64,000 bases of DNA from an uncultured Candidatus Saccharibacteria bacterium (GTDB lineage Bacteria; Patescibacteriota; Minisyncoccia; Phycocordibacterales; PALSA-1337), in assembly GCA_964467225.1 (NCBI GenBank), contig CAYXPQ010000001.1, positions 75,803-139,802 on the forward strand, given 5' to 3'. Positions 1 through 9,194 of the stretch are shown in pieces (position 1 is the first letter of the stretch; every line of letters starts with the position of its first letter). Both the position numbers and the translations under genes were made by a program. The notes beneath the pieces were generated by a model. It did not search any database. It saw only the letters and a program-made list of their open reading frames with translations, and was not told where the DNA came from.

Positions 1-1
1 A

Positions 2-1456
2 GAACATAATGATTCTCTAATGCAACAATATCTTGATGGTAAAGAGATTGCCATTGATGTTTTGAAAGCGGAAATTAGAAAATTAGTTATTGAAAACAAG
101 ATTTTCCCAGTATTTACTGGATCAGCCTTGAAGAATGTCGGTGTTCAACTAGTTCTAGATGCTGTGGTGGATTATCTACCAGCACCAACAGATATTAAAG
201 CTGTGAAAGGAACTGATCCAAATACAGGAGAGGAAATATTAAGAAAGCCATCAGATGAAGAGCCATTTGCTGCACTAGCTTTCAAGCTTCAGAATGATCC
301 ATTCGTAGGACAATTAACATTCTTCCGAGTATATTCTGGAACAATTGAGGCTGGGACATACATTTACAATTCAACTACAGGTAAGAAAGAGAGACTTGGT
401 CGTATTGTTAGATTGCAGGCTGATAAGAGAGAGGAGGTAAAGAAAGTCTTCGCGGGAGAGATCGCGGCAGCAGTGGGTCTAAAGGATGCTCTAACATCTC
501 ATACTTTCTGTGATGAGAACAACCCAATAATCCTTGAAGCTATCAAATTCTTGGAGCCAGTTGTATCCCTACGTGTTGAGCCAAAGACAAAGGCAGATCA
601 AGAGAAAATGGGTATGGCGCTTAGAAAGTTGGCAAATGAGGATCCTACATTTAAGATTTCTTCAAACAATGAAACAGGCGAGACTATTATCTCAGGTATG
701 GGTGAATTACACCTAGATATCATGGTTGATCGTATGAAAAGAGAGTTTGGTGTTGAGACAAATGTAGGTAAGCCACAAGTAGCATATCGAGAGACAATTC
801 TTGGTACTGCAGAAGCTGAACACAAATACATCAAGCAATCAGGAGGTAAGGGTCAATACGGTCACGTAAAGATTACTATTAAACCAATGGAGAAGCTTGC
901 AGAAGGTGAGAAAGTGGCAAAGAATGTAAGTAGATATGATGATTTCGAATTCATCAACTCTATTAAAGGAGGAGTTATTCCGCAAGAATTCATTCCAGCT
1001 GTTGAGAAAGGAGTTCATGAAGCTATGGATAGAGGAATTGTGGCAGGATTCAGAATGGTAAATGTAAGTTGTGAATTAACATTCGGTTCATATCATGATG
1101 TGGACTCATCAGAAATAGCATATAAGATTGCAGGATCACAGGCATTCCAAGAAGCTGCAAAGAGAGCAAAACCAGTTATTCTTGAACCTATAATGAAGCT
1201 TGAAGTTCTTTTCCCTGACAAATTCATGGGAGATGTAACAGGAAGCATTTCATCAAAGAGAGGAACAATTGAAGAAATGACAGAAAGAGGTCAATCAAAG
1301 GTTCTACATGCCATGGTACCTCTATCAGAAATGTTCGGTTATACAACTCAATTAAGATCAATGACATCAGGACAAGGCTCAGCAACAATGGAATTTGATC
1401 ATTACGAAGTGGTTCCAAAGAATGTGGAAGCATCAATAGTTGAAGCAAGGAAATAG
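2..1456 (+). CDS. fusA: elongation factor G, C-terminal ~478 aa (5' end lies upstream of window)
   Basis: ORF open to the window edge. The translation shows EF-G domains II–V. It is followed by a strong terminator and lies in the str-operon context upstream of tuf. Confidence 0.9.
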   Translation, partial: EHNDSLMQQYLDGKEIAIDVLKAEIRKLVIENKIFPVFTGSALKNVGVQLVLDAVVDYLPAPTDIKAVKGTDPNTGEEILRKPSDEEPFAALAFKLQNDPFVGQLTFFRVYSGTIEAGTYIYNSTTGKKERLGRIVRLQADKREEVKKVFAGEIAAAVGLKDALTSHTFCDENNPIILEAIKFLEPVVSLRVEPKTKADQEKMGMALRKLANEDPTFKISSNNETGETIISGMGELHLDIMVDRMKREFGVETNVGKPQVAYRETILGTAEAEHKYIKQSGGKGQYGHVKITIKPMEKLAEGEKVAKNVSRYDDFEFINSIKGGVIPQEFIPAVEKGVHEAMDRGIVAGFRMVNVSCELTFGSYHDVDSSEIAYKIAGSQAFQEAAKRAKPVILEPIMKLEVLFPDKFMGDVTGSISSKRGTIEEMTERGQSKVLHAMVPLSEMFGYTTQLRSMTSGQGSATMEFDHYEVVPKNVEASIVEARK

Positions 1457-1511
1457 TATTGGGGATAACTAAATTTGTGAGATTATAAATTAGATATATA
1501 ATATACTCACT

Positions 1512-1556
1512 ACCAAAGAAGGTGTCTCGCAAGTCGAGCACCTTCTTTGTTTGGTA
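1512..1556 (+). terminator. rho-independent terminator after fusA
   Basis: Nested GC-rich hairpin accaaagaaggtg-t-ctcg-caagt-cgag-caccttctttg followed by a T-rich tract ttggt. Confidence 0.7.
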
Positions 1557-1581
1557 AATTATTAAAATATAAAAAACAAAA

Positions 1582-2061
1582 ATGTTCGGTATACACTTAA
1601 AGCATGTTCTTGTTCTAACTCTGTTGGCAGGTATAGCATATTCTTTGCCACAAGTTAAAGACGGACTTTCAGATTCTTTCTCCAGTATATATGTGCAAAA
1701 TCAAGCAGCACTTTTTAATTTTCCAAATATTAATCCTCAAAATAGCTATGGTAATAGAATGATGAATAATCAGGCTATAGGTGTTGGGGAGATTAAGAAA
1801 ATGATAATTGTTCCTGAAGAAATAGTACGTGTTCTAGTCAAAGAAGGAGTAATTCCACAAGACAAAGCAGTTCTTGCAGTAAAAATCTTGAAGGAAAGAC
1901 TATTTAATAATCAACCAATGCCTCCACAACAACAAGGAGCAAGTACCACTAGACCAAATGTAATAAGGGTACAGGTATCTACTTCTTCACGACCTATGAT
2001 GAAATTGGAATTACAGAGATCTCCATATGAATTTCAGGAAAGGGTACAACTGGATAACTAA
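1582..2061 (+). CDS. hypothetical secreted protein (N-terminal signal-like hydrophobic segment, Q/N/P-rich)
   Basis: 159-aa ORF with an ATG start. The N-terminus has the signal-peptide-like stretch LVLTLLAGIAYS. Terminators lie before and after the gene. Confidence 0.5.
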   Translation: MFGIHLKHVLVLTLLAGIAYSLPQVKDGLSDSFSSIYVQNQAALFNFPNINPQNSYGNRMMNNQAIGVGEIKKMIIVPEEIVRVLVKEGVIPQDKAVLAVKILKERLFNNQPMPPQQQGASTTRPNVIRVQVSTSSRPMMKLELQRSPYEFQERVQLDN

Positions 2062-2094
2062 TCTTTTATAGGTATCCTTTTGGGTTTATAATAA

Positions 2095-2116
2095 AGACCA
2101 GTTAAGCTGGTTTTTA
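2095..2116 (+). terminator. rho-independent terminator-like hairpin
   Basis: Hairpin accag-ttaag-ctggt followed by a T5 run. Confidence 0.45.
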
Positions 2117-2134
2117 TTATTTATTATTTAATTT

Positions 2135-5100
2135 ATGAAGAATATTATTAAAGTTTCTGTTTCAATATCTGTAATTTTTGTAGTTTTATTTGGTTTTAAT
2201 ATACAAATTTCAAATGCACAGACAAATTCTAATAAAGTTTTGAGTGGAGCTTGTATTTCTATAAACTCTTCTAAAACAATGAAAATTTCTTCCGGTAAAG
2301 TTTATATTAACGGAAAGGAATATGAATATACTGGGGGCGGCGGAAGTTTTCCAAGTAATAAATCATTTCCACTTTATGTAAAAACTCTTTATGGAAGTGT
2401 ATATAATCCATTGCCTGGAGAGGGTAAGGATGGTCCAGATAGTCTTAAGATTGGATATGTTACTACAGGTAAAGATAGTTTGATTACTGAAATAGTAAAT
2501 GTTTCACCATGGTGTGAGAATTATTCTTATGATATTGCAACAACAGCTACTACAAGTAAACCAGTAATAAAGGTTATTAGTCCAAATGGAGGAGAAGTTT
2601 TATATGTTGGCCAAAGTTATCCTGTAAAGTGGAGTGACAACAGTGGAGATGTAAGCAATGTATCTATTTCCCTAATAGATTACAATTCTGGAACGGAATT
2701 TAATCTATCTGGAGATGTCTCATCTAGGTCTTCAGGTGTAGATGGAACAAGCGTTTATTCACTACTAATACCGTCATATATAACAAAGAATATGACAACT
2801 ACAGGTGATGGTAACAATAAATTTAAAATTAGAATTTATTCTAAAAATGGAGCGGTAGATTCAAGTGATAACTATTTTACTGTAAGATCTACAACAACGC
2901 CATCTCTAAAAGTTATTAGTCCAAATGGTGGTGAGACACTATTAATGGAAGGATATTATCCTATAAAATGGTATGACACTAGGGATAGAAGCGATGTTAC
3001 TATATTTCTCGTTGATTACAAAAGCGGAACTGCAATACCTTTAGCTAGTAATGTATCTGTTACTGCATCAGGTATTGATGGTATAAGTACTTATACAGTC
3101 CAAATTCCAGGATATGTAGAAAGAAAGTTGGCAGTCGATACTAAGAGCTTTAAAATTAGAGTTGATTCAACTGGCGGGAGTGATTTAAGTGATGATTACA
3201 TTACTATAGCTTCTGCAACTTCTTCCAGCATAGACACCCCATGCTTTACTTTTAACAGAGACCTATCATACGGATCAGAGAACAAGGAAGTTGACTATCT
3301 AGTCAAAGCTCTACTTAAAGAAGGATCAATAAGAAATCCAAATAATCTAACTATTAAAAGTGAGAAATTTGATGAATCAGTATTAACTGGTGTAGTAGCA
3401 TTTCAAGGTAAATACGGAATACCACAAACAGGATATGTAGGACCTCTTACAAGAGCGATGTTAAATCGACTTTATGGTAATTGTAATCAGAGTGAGAATA
3501 TTTCTGCTACATTAAAGTTAATTAGCCCAAATGGTGAGTTATATAATGTTGGCTCAAGAGTTCCAATCTCATGGAATCACAATGGTAATCTAAAGAGTGT
3601 AACAATAGATATAATGACTGCTGATGGACAGAAAACATTACTTTCTCAATCATATAATGAAAATCCAGGAAGATATTCTTTCTTAGTAGCTACAGGAACA
3701 CCAGAAGGTAAGTATATGGTAAGAATAAGAACAACCAACTATTCTTCAAGTAATTATTTCTATGTGGGTAGCACAGGAAATTCTGCGACAAACTCAAAAT
3801 GTGATTTTGAGGTAAAATCACCAATAGCAAATTCTAAGGTTAACTTCCCACTGACAGTAACTGGTACTATAGATAGAAGTAAGTCAAATAATGCTGGATG
3901 TAGATGGCAAACATTTGAAGGGGTAGCTGGTACGGCCAAATTTTACGCTTATCTTACAGAAAAGAATCGTGATGGAACAATGAAAGGCTGGACATCAATA
4001 GGTGATTCAGTAATTATGAATCTAGAGAAAGTTAACTCAGATAAATCAAATTTTAATGTCAGATTTAATTTTCCGGAGGGAGGTTTCCAAATTAATAATC
4101 CAGTTAAGATTGTGTTTACAGAGGAAAATCCAGCAGCAATACGTCCAGCACTTACCTTTGAATTACCATTATACTTAGATACCTCAGGAAATTCTGCGAC
4201 AACAACTCCAAACATCTCCAAGGCTCAAATATCTGGTTCATGTGTTCTGAGTGCACCATCTGGTTATGCCATTACTTCAGGTAAATTAAAATTAAACGAT
4301 AAAGAATATTCATTTAGTGGTGGAAGAGGGTCATATTTGCCAAGTAATAGAGTAATGCCAGTATATCTATATATGCCAAGAGAGGGTTATGTGGCAAGTT
4401 ACGTATATTTGAATCCACCAGTAAATGTAGGGGTTGGAACAACTACAGCATTGAAGATTGCAACAATTGTTACAGGAGATAAAGGGGTTATAAGAAATAT
4501 TTATAATCTAAATCCTCTTTGTCAAAGTTATACAAATATCAAAGCTGAAGCAACATCAGTGCCTACAACTAATCAAACAATAAAGGTTATAAGTCCAAAT
4601 GGTGGGGAAGTGTGGCAGATAGGTAAGACATATGAATTTAGATGGAGTTCAAGTGGAATAGATAAGGTAATGATCAATCTTACAAATCAAGATAATAATT
4701 TTGGATATGGTACATTGAATGCTATTGATGCGAGAACAGGAAGGGTCACCTATACACTTCCAAATACTCTACCGGCAGGTAAATACAAAGTATTTATGGT
4801 GGATGCATCAGGTAAAACAATTACAAATGATTCAAGTGATAATTATTTCACAATAGTAAATTCAACATCAGGATATACACCAACTCCATCTACTACATAC
4901 ACTCCATATCCAAGCTATACACCTACATACTCACCAACTCCAAGTCAAACATATAATTCATACCCAACAGCAACCTACACCTCATCACCAACATACACAA
5001 CTAGCCCAACATATTCATCTACTCCAACATATACCTATACACCAAGTCCAACTTATTCATCATCACCTACAGCAACATATTCACCTAGTTATACATACAG

Positions 5101-5218
5101 TCCAAGTCCATCATATTCACCATCGCCATCTTCTTCACCGACTTCATTCTATGATATAGACAGGTTCTCATTAGGTGCAGCAATACTTAGTGCATTTAGG
5201 GGAATGATGGGGTTGTAG
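2135..5218 (+). CDS. large secreted surface repeat protein with a peptidoglycan-binding domain and an S/T/P/Y-rich tail
   Basis: 1027-aa ORF with a signal peptide. It has at least four internal repeats of a ~90-aa module carrying the motif (I/V)SPNGGE..W..G..Y.(I/F)(K/R)W; this resembles the Kre9/KNH-like family (tentative). A PG_binding_1-like segment is present (DYLVKALLKEG..VVAFQGKYGIPQTGYVGPLTRAML). There are duplicated large N-terminal and central modules (SGKVYINGKEYEY... and SGKLKLNDKEYSF...). The C-terminus has ~90 aa of T/P/S/Y-rich low complexity followed by a short hydrophobic end. Confidence 0.75.
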   Translation: MKNIIKVSVSISVIFVVLFGFNIQISNAQTNSNKVLSGACISINSSKTMKISSGKVYINGKEYEYTGGGGSFPSNKSFPLYVKTLYGSVYNPLPGEGKDGPDSLKIGYVTTGKDSLITEIVNVSPWCENYSYDIATTATTSKPVIKVISPNGGEVLYVGQSYPVKWSDNSGDVSNVSISLIDYNSGTEFNLSGDVSSRSSGVDGTSVYSLLIPSYITKNMTTTGDGNNKFKIRIYSKNGAVDSSDNYFTVRSTTTPSLKVISPNGGETLLMEGYYPIKWYDTRDRSDVTIFLVDYKSGTAIPLASNVSVTASGIDGISTYTVQIPGYVERKLAVDTKSFKIRVDSTGGSDLSDDYITIASATSSSIDTPCFTFNRDLSYGSENKEVDYLVKALLKEGSIRNPNNLTIKSEKFDESVLTGVVAFQGKYGIPQTGYVGPLTRAMLNRLYGNCNQSENISATLKLISPNGELYNVGSRVPISWNHNGNLKSVTIDIMTADGQKTLLSQSYNENPGRYSFLVATGTPEGKYMVRIRTTNYSSSNYFYVGSTGNSATNSKCDFEVKSPIANSKVNFPLTVTGTIDRSKSNNAGCRWQTFEGVAGTAKFYAYLTEKNRDGTMKGWTSIGDSVIMNLEKVNSDKSNFNVRFNFPEGGFQINNPVKIVFTEENPAAIRPALTFELPLYLDTSGNSATTTPNISKAQISGSCVLSAPSGYAITSGKLKLNDKEYSFSGGRGSYLPSNRVMPVYLYMPREGYVASYVYLNPPVNVGVGTTTALKIATIVTGDKGVIRNIYNLNPLCQSYTNIKAEATSVPTTNQTIKVISPNGGEVWQIGKTYEFRWSSSGIDKVMINLTNQDNNFGYGTLNAIDARTGRVTYTLPNTLPAGKYKVFMVDASGKTITNDSSDNYFTIVNSTSGYTPTPSTTYTPYPSYTPTYSPTPSQTYNSYPTATYTSSPTYTTSPTYSSTPTYTYTPSPTYSSSPTATYSPSYTYSPSPSYSPSPSSSPTSFYDIDRFSLGAAILSAFRGMMGL

Positions 5219-5250
5219 AAGTTATCAACTTTTAACAGAATTAATTTAAA

Positions 5251-5289
5251 AATATACTTTATGGGTGAAGAATATCCATAAAGTATATC
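5251..5289 (+). promoter_or_regulatory. perfect inverted repeat spanning the start codon of the downstream protease gene
   Basis: The sequence is aatATACTTTATGG-gtgaagaatat-CCATAAAGTATatc. Each arm is 11 bp perfect (13/14 when extended). The loop begins with the GTG start codon at 5265, and a T-rich tract follows. Confidence 0.5.
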
Positions 5290-7349
5290 TTTTCATATTA
5301 ATTTTTCTATTCAGTTCATCACCTGTATCAGCGATTGAGATTCAGTGCATAAATAATGAAACAAACGATTTAGCTTTTCATGTTAATAATCAAATAGACA
5401 ATAGAATTAAATTGTCTGATTCATCAACGGGGTTAAATATCTATAGTGTTAGGTCTACTGAGGCAGGGTCAAATTGGACTAGGAATTCTAATTCTTGGAC
5501 TCAAAAATTATCACCTCTAGATTTTACTGGAGTAAGTGGATCAAATAATGATTTAGCACATCATGCTAACAATCCTTATTGGGGAGGGGCAACACTTATT
5601 ACTCCAAGACATTTTGTAACAGCAAATCACTTTAGATTTGAAAATGGTTCAACTGTTAATTTCTATGATAAGGAGGGAAGGGTAGTCTCTAGGAAAATGA
5701 CTAATTCCTATACAGTTCCAAATACTGATATTACAGTAGGACTACTCGAAAGCGATGTCGATAACAGTATCACATATTATCCTGTTATGAAAATTTCTAC
5801 ATTAGAGAGTATGTTATCAAGACCAGACGGATATTTCTATAATGATTTACCAATAGTAGTATTTAATCAAAATGCACAAGCAATAATTCGCTCCCTTATA
5901 AAAAAAGACACACCAAAAAGTTTTAATCATGCTAATTACGGTGATAGTATTAGATCTAGCTTCACCAAGGACTTAATAGAAGGAGACTCAGGACAGCCAG
6001 GTTTTATTATCATTAATGATAAGCCAATTTTACTTTTTGCAAATTTTCTAACGAATACATCTCCAAGTTTGGGTGATTATATTAATGAAATAAATTCTGG
6101 CATACAATCTTTGGGAAATAGTAATGGATATAATATTACAGAATATACAAATAATAATTTTAAAACATATAGTTCATTCTGTACTGGGCCAGTGTTACCA
6201 TCGCCTGATCAGTTTAAAGTTACAACAAATACCGCATGCTTATCTCCTACAGATAAATTAAAGGTAGATATAACTTGGTCTAAGCCACTAAATTATTCTA
6301 TGCAATCTAGTGGATATCAGTATAGATTATATAAGAACAATCAATCTCCAGATTTCTTATCAATGAATACTTATAATTATACTGATATAAATGTTCAACC
6401 TAATACAGAATATACTTACATATTAAAACTATATTACGGAACATATTCATCAGGTGAAGTAAAATTCCAAATAAAAACTCCATCTTTGTGCTCATCTTCT
6501 GTTATAGTAAATAATCCTCCAGTTGTTGTATCTAATCCAGTTCCAGTTACTACTCCTCTATCCAATTATGAACCTTTACCAGCCAAAAATAATGATGCGG
6601 ATAAGGACGGAATAATAGACGGCCTGGATATGTGTCCAAATACAAGTATTGATCAAAAAAGTTTTGTTAATACCAAAGGATGCATTAAACCAAAAATAAC
6701 TAAATTTAGTTTTTCAAAAGATTTATCCAATATTGATCTTAGAGAAGTTGATAATCTTGAAATATCTAATTCATATGGAAGGGTGTTGTTCACTTCACCC
6801 GTTTCACTTACAAGATCTAATCAACAATTAGACATTGATACTAATTTATACATTGGCAATAATATAGTTTCATTAAATTCTGTTAATCTTCCTGAATTAA
6901 ATAGGGGAGCGATAATTACATTTAACAATCTTTCCTATAGAAATCCAGTAATATATAAAGATGATTCAATTTGTACTACTTGTGAAGTTGTTTCTTATAC
7001 CAATAATACTTTCAGATTTAAAGTCCTAGGATTTTCAAATTATTCTGTTGTAGATATGCCACTTATTCCAGACAAACCTGTAATAATAGATAACCCCATT
7101 CAGGATCCAACTCAACCTGTGACAATTACGCAACCCGCAGTACAGCCAGTAATCATTACTCAGTCAGTTGTTAATCAGAGTGTTGTCCAACAAGTACAGA
7201 CACCACCAACACAACAAACAAAACCATTATCACAACAAGGAATACCAAAACTCCAATCAAATCCCAACATTGAAGTTCCAGTTGATAATAATCAAGTACC
7301 AGATGCAGATATTTTTAATACTGGTTATTTCCCTGAAGATATATATTGA
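5265..7349 (+). CDS. secreted trypsin-like (S1 family) serine protease with Fn3-like domain, thrombospondin-type-3-like Ca-binding repeat and Q/P/V-rich C-terminus
   Basis: 694-aa ORF with a GTG start and a signal peptide ending VSA|IEI. His motif WGGATLITPRHFVTANHF, compared with trypsin CGGSLI..WVLTAAHC. Asp candidate in NTDITVGLL. Ser motif EGDSGQPGF, compared with GDSGGP. An Fn3-like region follows (YQYRLYKNNQSP...TEYTYILKLYYG), then DADKDGIIDGLDMCPNT (TSP3/OmpA-like Ca-binding). Confidence 0.65.
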   Translation: MKNIHKVYLFILIFLFSSSPVSAIEIQCINNETNDLAFHVNNQIDNRIKLSDSSTGLNIYSVRSTEAGSNWTRNSNSWTQKLSPLDFTGVSGSNNDLAHHANNPYWGGATLITPRHFVTANHFRFENGSTVNFYDKEGRVVSRKMTNSYTVPNTDITVGLLESDVDNSITYYPVMKISTLESMLSRPDGYFYNDLPIVVFNQNAQAIIRSLIKKDTPKSFNHANYGDSIRSSFTKDLIEGDSGQPGFIIINDKPILLFANFLTNTSPSLGDYINEINSGIQSLGNSNGYNITEYTNNNFKTYSSFCTGPVLPSPDQFKVTTNTACLSPTDKLKVDITWSKPLNYSMQSSGYQYRLYKNNQSPDFLSMNTYNYTDINVQPNTEYTYILKLYYGTYSSGEVKFQIKTPSLCSSSVIVNNPPVVVSNPVPVTTPLSNYEPLPAKNNDADKDGIIDGLDMCPNTSIDQKSFVNTKGCIKPKITKFSFSKDLSNIDLREVDNLEISNSYGRVLFTSPVSLTRSNQQLDIDTNLYIGNNIVSLNSVNLPELNRGAIITFNNLSYRNPVIYKDDSICTTCEVVSYTNNTFRFKVLGFSNYSVVDMPLIPDKPVIIDNPIQDPTQPVTITQPAVQPVIITQSVVNQSVVQQVQTPPTQQTKPLSQQGIPKLQSNPNIEVPVDNNQVPDADIFNTGYFPEDIY

Positions 7350-7467
7350 ATATGAGAAGCCAAGTTACTATAGGATTGCCGTAGATTTTGTAAAACATCA
7401 AGCAAATGAAATTATTGGAAGAATTACTAGAGGTTTTATGAAAATATGGAGTAAAATTTGACAAGCA

Positions 7468-7501
7468 AATGCGTACTTGCTATGATGGCGAGTACGCATT
7501 T
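7468..7501 (+). terminator. stem-loop (possible terminator) downstream of the protease gene
   Basis: Perfect 11-bp stem aaatgcgtact ... agtacgcattt with a 12-nt loop. The tract after it is only weakly U-rich. Confidence 0.4.
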
Positions 7502-7592
7502 AGCGTTGGTGTTTCTAGGGTTACTACCCTTATTTTATTAATTTAGTTAACAATTTATCTTTAATTCTTCGGGATTAAAGCACTAAAATTAT

Positions 7593-8780
7593 ATGGCAGC
7601 AGAATTTAATCGTTCAAAGACCCATGTTAACGTAGGTACTATTGGCCACGTGGATCATGGAAAGACAACACTTACTACTTCAATTCTAGCAGTACAAGCA
7701 AAAGACGGTCTTGCTACACTCAAGGCTTATGCTGATATTGCAAAGGGAGGTACTGTTCGAGATGCAACAAAGGTGGTTACTATTTCTCTAGCTCACGTAG
7801 AATACGAGACAGCAAATAGACATTATGCTCATATCGATGCTCCAGGTCACGCTGATTACATAAAGAACATGATCACAGGTGCCGCTCAGATGGACGGTGC
7901 TATTCTTGTAGTATCTGCTCTTGATGGAGTTATGCCACAAACAAGAGAGCATATTCTTCTAGCTTATCAGGTTGGAGTGCCAAATATTGTTGTTTTCCTT
8001 AATAAATGCGACATGGTTGCTGAAGCTGATCTACTAGATCTAGTGGAAGAAGAGGTAAGAGATCTTCTTACAAAGAACCACTACGATGGTAAGAATGCTA
8101 CAGTTATCAGAGGTTCTGCTCTAAAAGCTCTTGAGGGTGATCCAGTATGGGTAGCCAAGATCAAGGATCTTATGAACGCTCTAGATACAGCAATCCCAAC
8201 ACCAGTACGCGAAACAGATAAGCCATTCCTTATGCCAATTGAAGACATCTTCTCAATCGAAGGTAGAGGAACAGTAGTAACAGGCCGTGTAGAAAGAGGA
8301 ACTCTAAATCTAAACGACGAAGTTGAAATAATTGGATTCAAGGATACTTCAAAGACTACAGTTACAGGTATTGAAATGTTCAATAAGTCTCTAAAGCAAG
8401 CTATTGCTGGAGATAATGCTGGACTTCTGCTAAGAGGAACAGGCAAGGATGATGTCACAAGAGGTATGGTTCTTGCAAAAACTGGCTCAGTAAAGCCACA
8501 TACAGATTTTGAAGCTGAGGTATACATCCTTAAGAAAGAAGAGGGAGGAAGACACACACCTTTCTTTACAGGATATAAGCCACAGTTCTACATCAGAACA
8601 ACAGATGTTACAGGAGAAGTAACACTAGCTCAGGGAGTTGAGATGGTTATGCCTGGAGATACAGTAACATTTAAGGTTAAGCTAGTAGCACCAGTAGCTC
8701 TTGAAGACAAAATGAGATTTGCTATTCGAGAGGGGGGTAAGACAGTAGGTGCAGGAGTTGTAACAAAGATTGTTGCATAA
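7593..8780 (+). CDS. tuf: elongation factor Tu
   Basis: 395 aa with [19 protein letters not shown] and NKCD GTPase motifs; full-length EF-Tu. Confidence 0.97.
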   Translation: MAAEFNRSKTHVNVGTIGHVDHGKTTLTTSILAVQAKDGLATLKAYADIAKGGTVRDATKVVTISLAHVEYETANRHYAHIDAPGHADYIKNMITGAAQMDGAILVVSALDGVMPQTREHILLAYQVGVPNIVVFLNKCDMVAEADLLDLVEEEVRDLLTKNHYDGKNATVIRGSALKALEGDPVWVAKIKDLMNALDTAIPTPVRETDKPFLMPIEDIFSIEGRGTVVTGRVERGTLNLNDEVEIIGFKDTSKTTVTGIEMFNKSLKQAIAGDNAGLLLRGTGKDDVTRGMVLAKTGSVKPHTDFEAEVYILKKEEGGRHTPFFTGYKPQFYIRTTDVTGEVTLAQGVEMVMPGDTVTFKVKLVAPVALEDKMRFAIREGGKTVGAGVVTKIVA

Positions 8781-8798
8781 TTAATTTAGATTAATATC

Positions 8799-9176
8799 AT
8801 GACTACAATCGCTAAAGAAACAAATAAAGTATCAAAGCCAAGAGCAAGTAAGGTTGCTAAGGAAGGAGAAGTTGCAAAGCTTCGAATTCGAGTTAAGGCT
8901 TATGAGAATAAGATTCTGGATGCTTCATTAAAGCAGATAATGGATACAGCGATTCGTTATGATGTACAGTTCTTTGGCCCTATTCCACTTCCAACAGAGA
9001 TTAAGAAATACACAGTCAATCGTGCTTCTTTCGTATTCAAGAATGCTAGAGAGCAATTTGAAATGAGAGTTCACAAGAGATTAATTGATATTCTAAATCC
9101 AAATCAGAAGATTATAGAGGCACTTACTAACCTAAGCTTACCATCTGGAGTCAATATTGACGTTAAAATGATGTAA
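8799..9176 (+). CDS. rpsJ: 30S ribosomal protein S10 (with N-terminal K-rich extension)
   Basis: Core sequence RIRVKAYENKILD...FFGPIPLPT matches S10. It is 18 nt downstream of tuf. Confidence 0.93.
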   Translation: MTTIAKETNKVSKPRASKVAKEGEVAKLRIRVKAYENKILDASLKQIMDTAIRYDVQFFGPIPLPTEIKKYTVNRASFVFKNAREQFEMRVHKRLIDILNPNQKIIEALTNLSLPSGVNIDVKMM

Positions 9177-9194
9177 GATAAGTAAAATACTGCA

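Noticed and set aside
534-1541. Small ORFs at 534..716 (+), 598..834 (-) and 1224..1541 (-) within or antisense to fusA
   Set aside because: They lie entirely inside the well-supported EF-G reading frame or on its antisense strand. They have low-complexity or hydrophobic nonsense translations.
3949-4221. 90-aa antisense ORF inside the giant surface-protein gene
   Set aside because: It is embedded antisense in a long well-supported CDS with no independent signals.
4861-5150. Similarity of YSPTPS/YSPSPS units to the eukaryotic RNA polymerase II CTD heptad YSPTSPS
   Set aside because: This is a compositional coincidence in an S/T/P/Y-rich low-complexity linker of a secreted protein. There is no functional implication.
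7168-7461. 97-aa ORF overlapping the 3' end of the protease gene
   Set aside because: It overlaps the Q/P-rich coding tail in another frame. Its translation is low-complexity (HHQHNKQNHYHNKEY).
8081-8557. 158-aa antisense ORF inside tuf
   Set aside because: It is antisense to EF-Tu, one of the most conserved genes. This is a typical shadow ORF.
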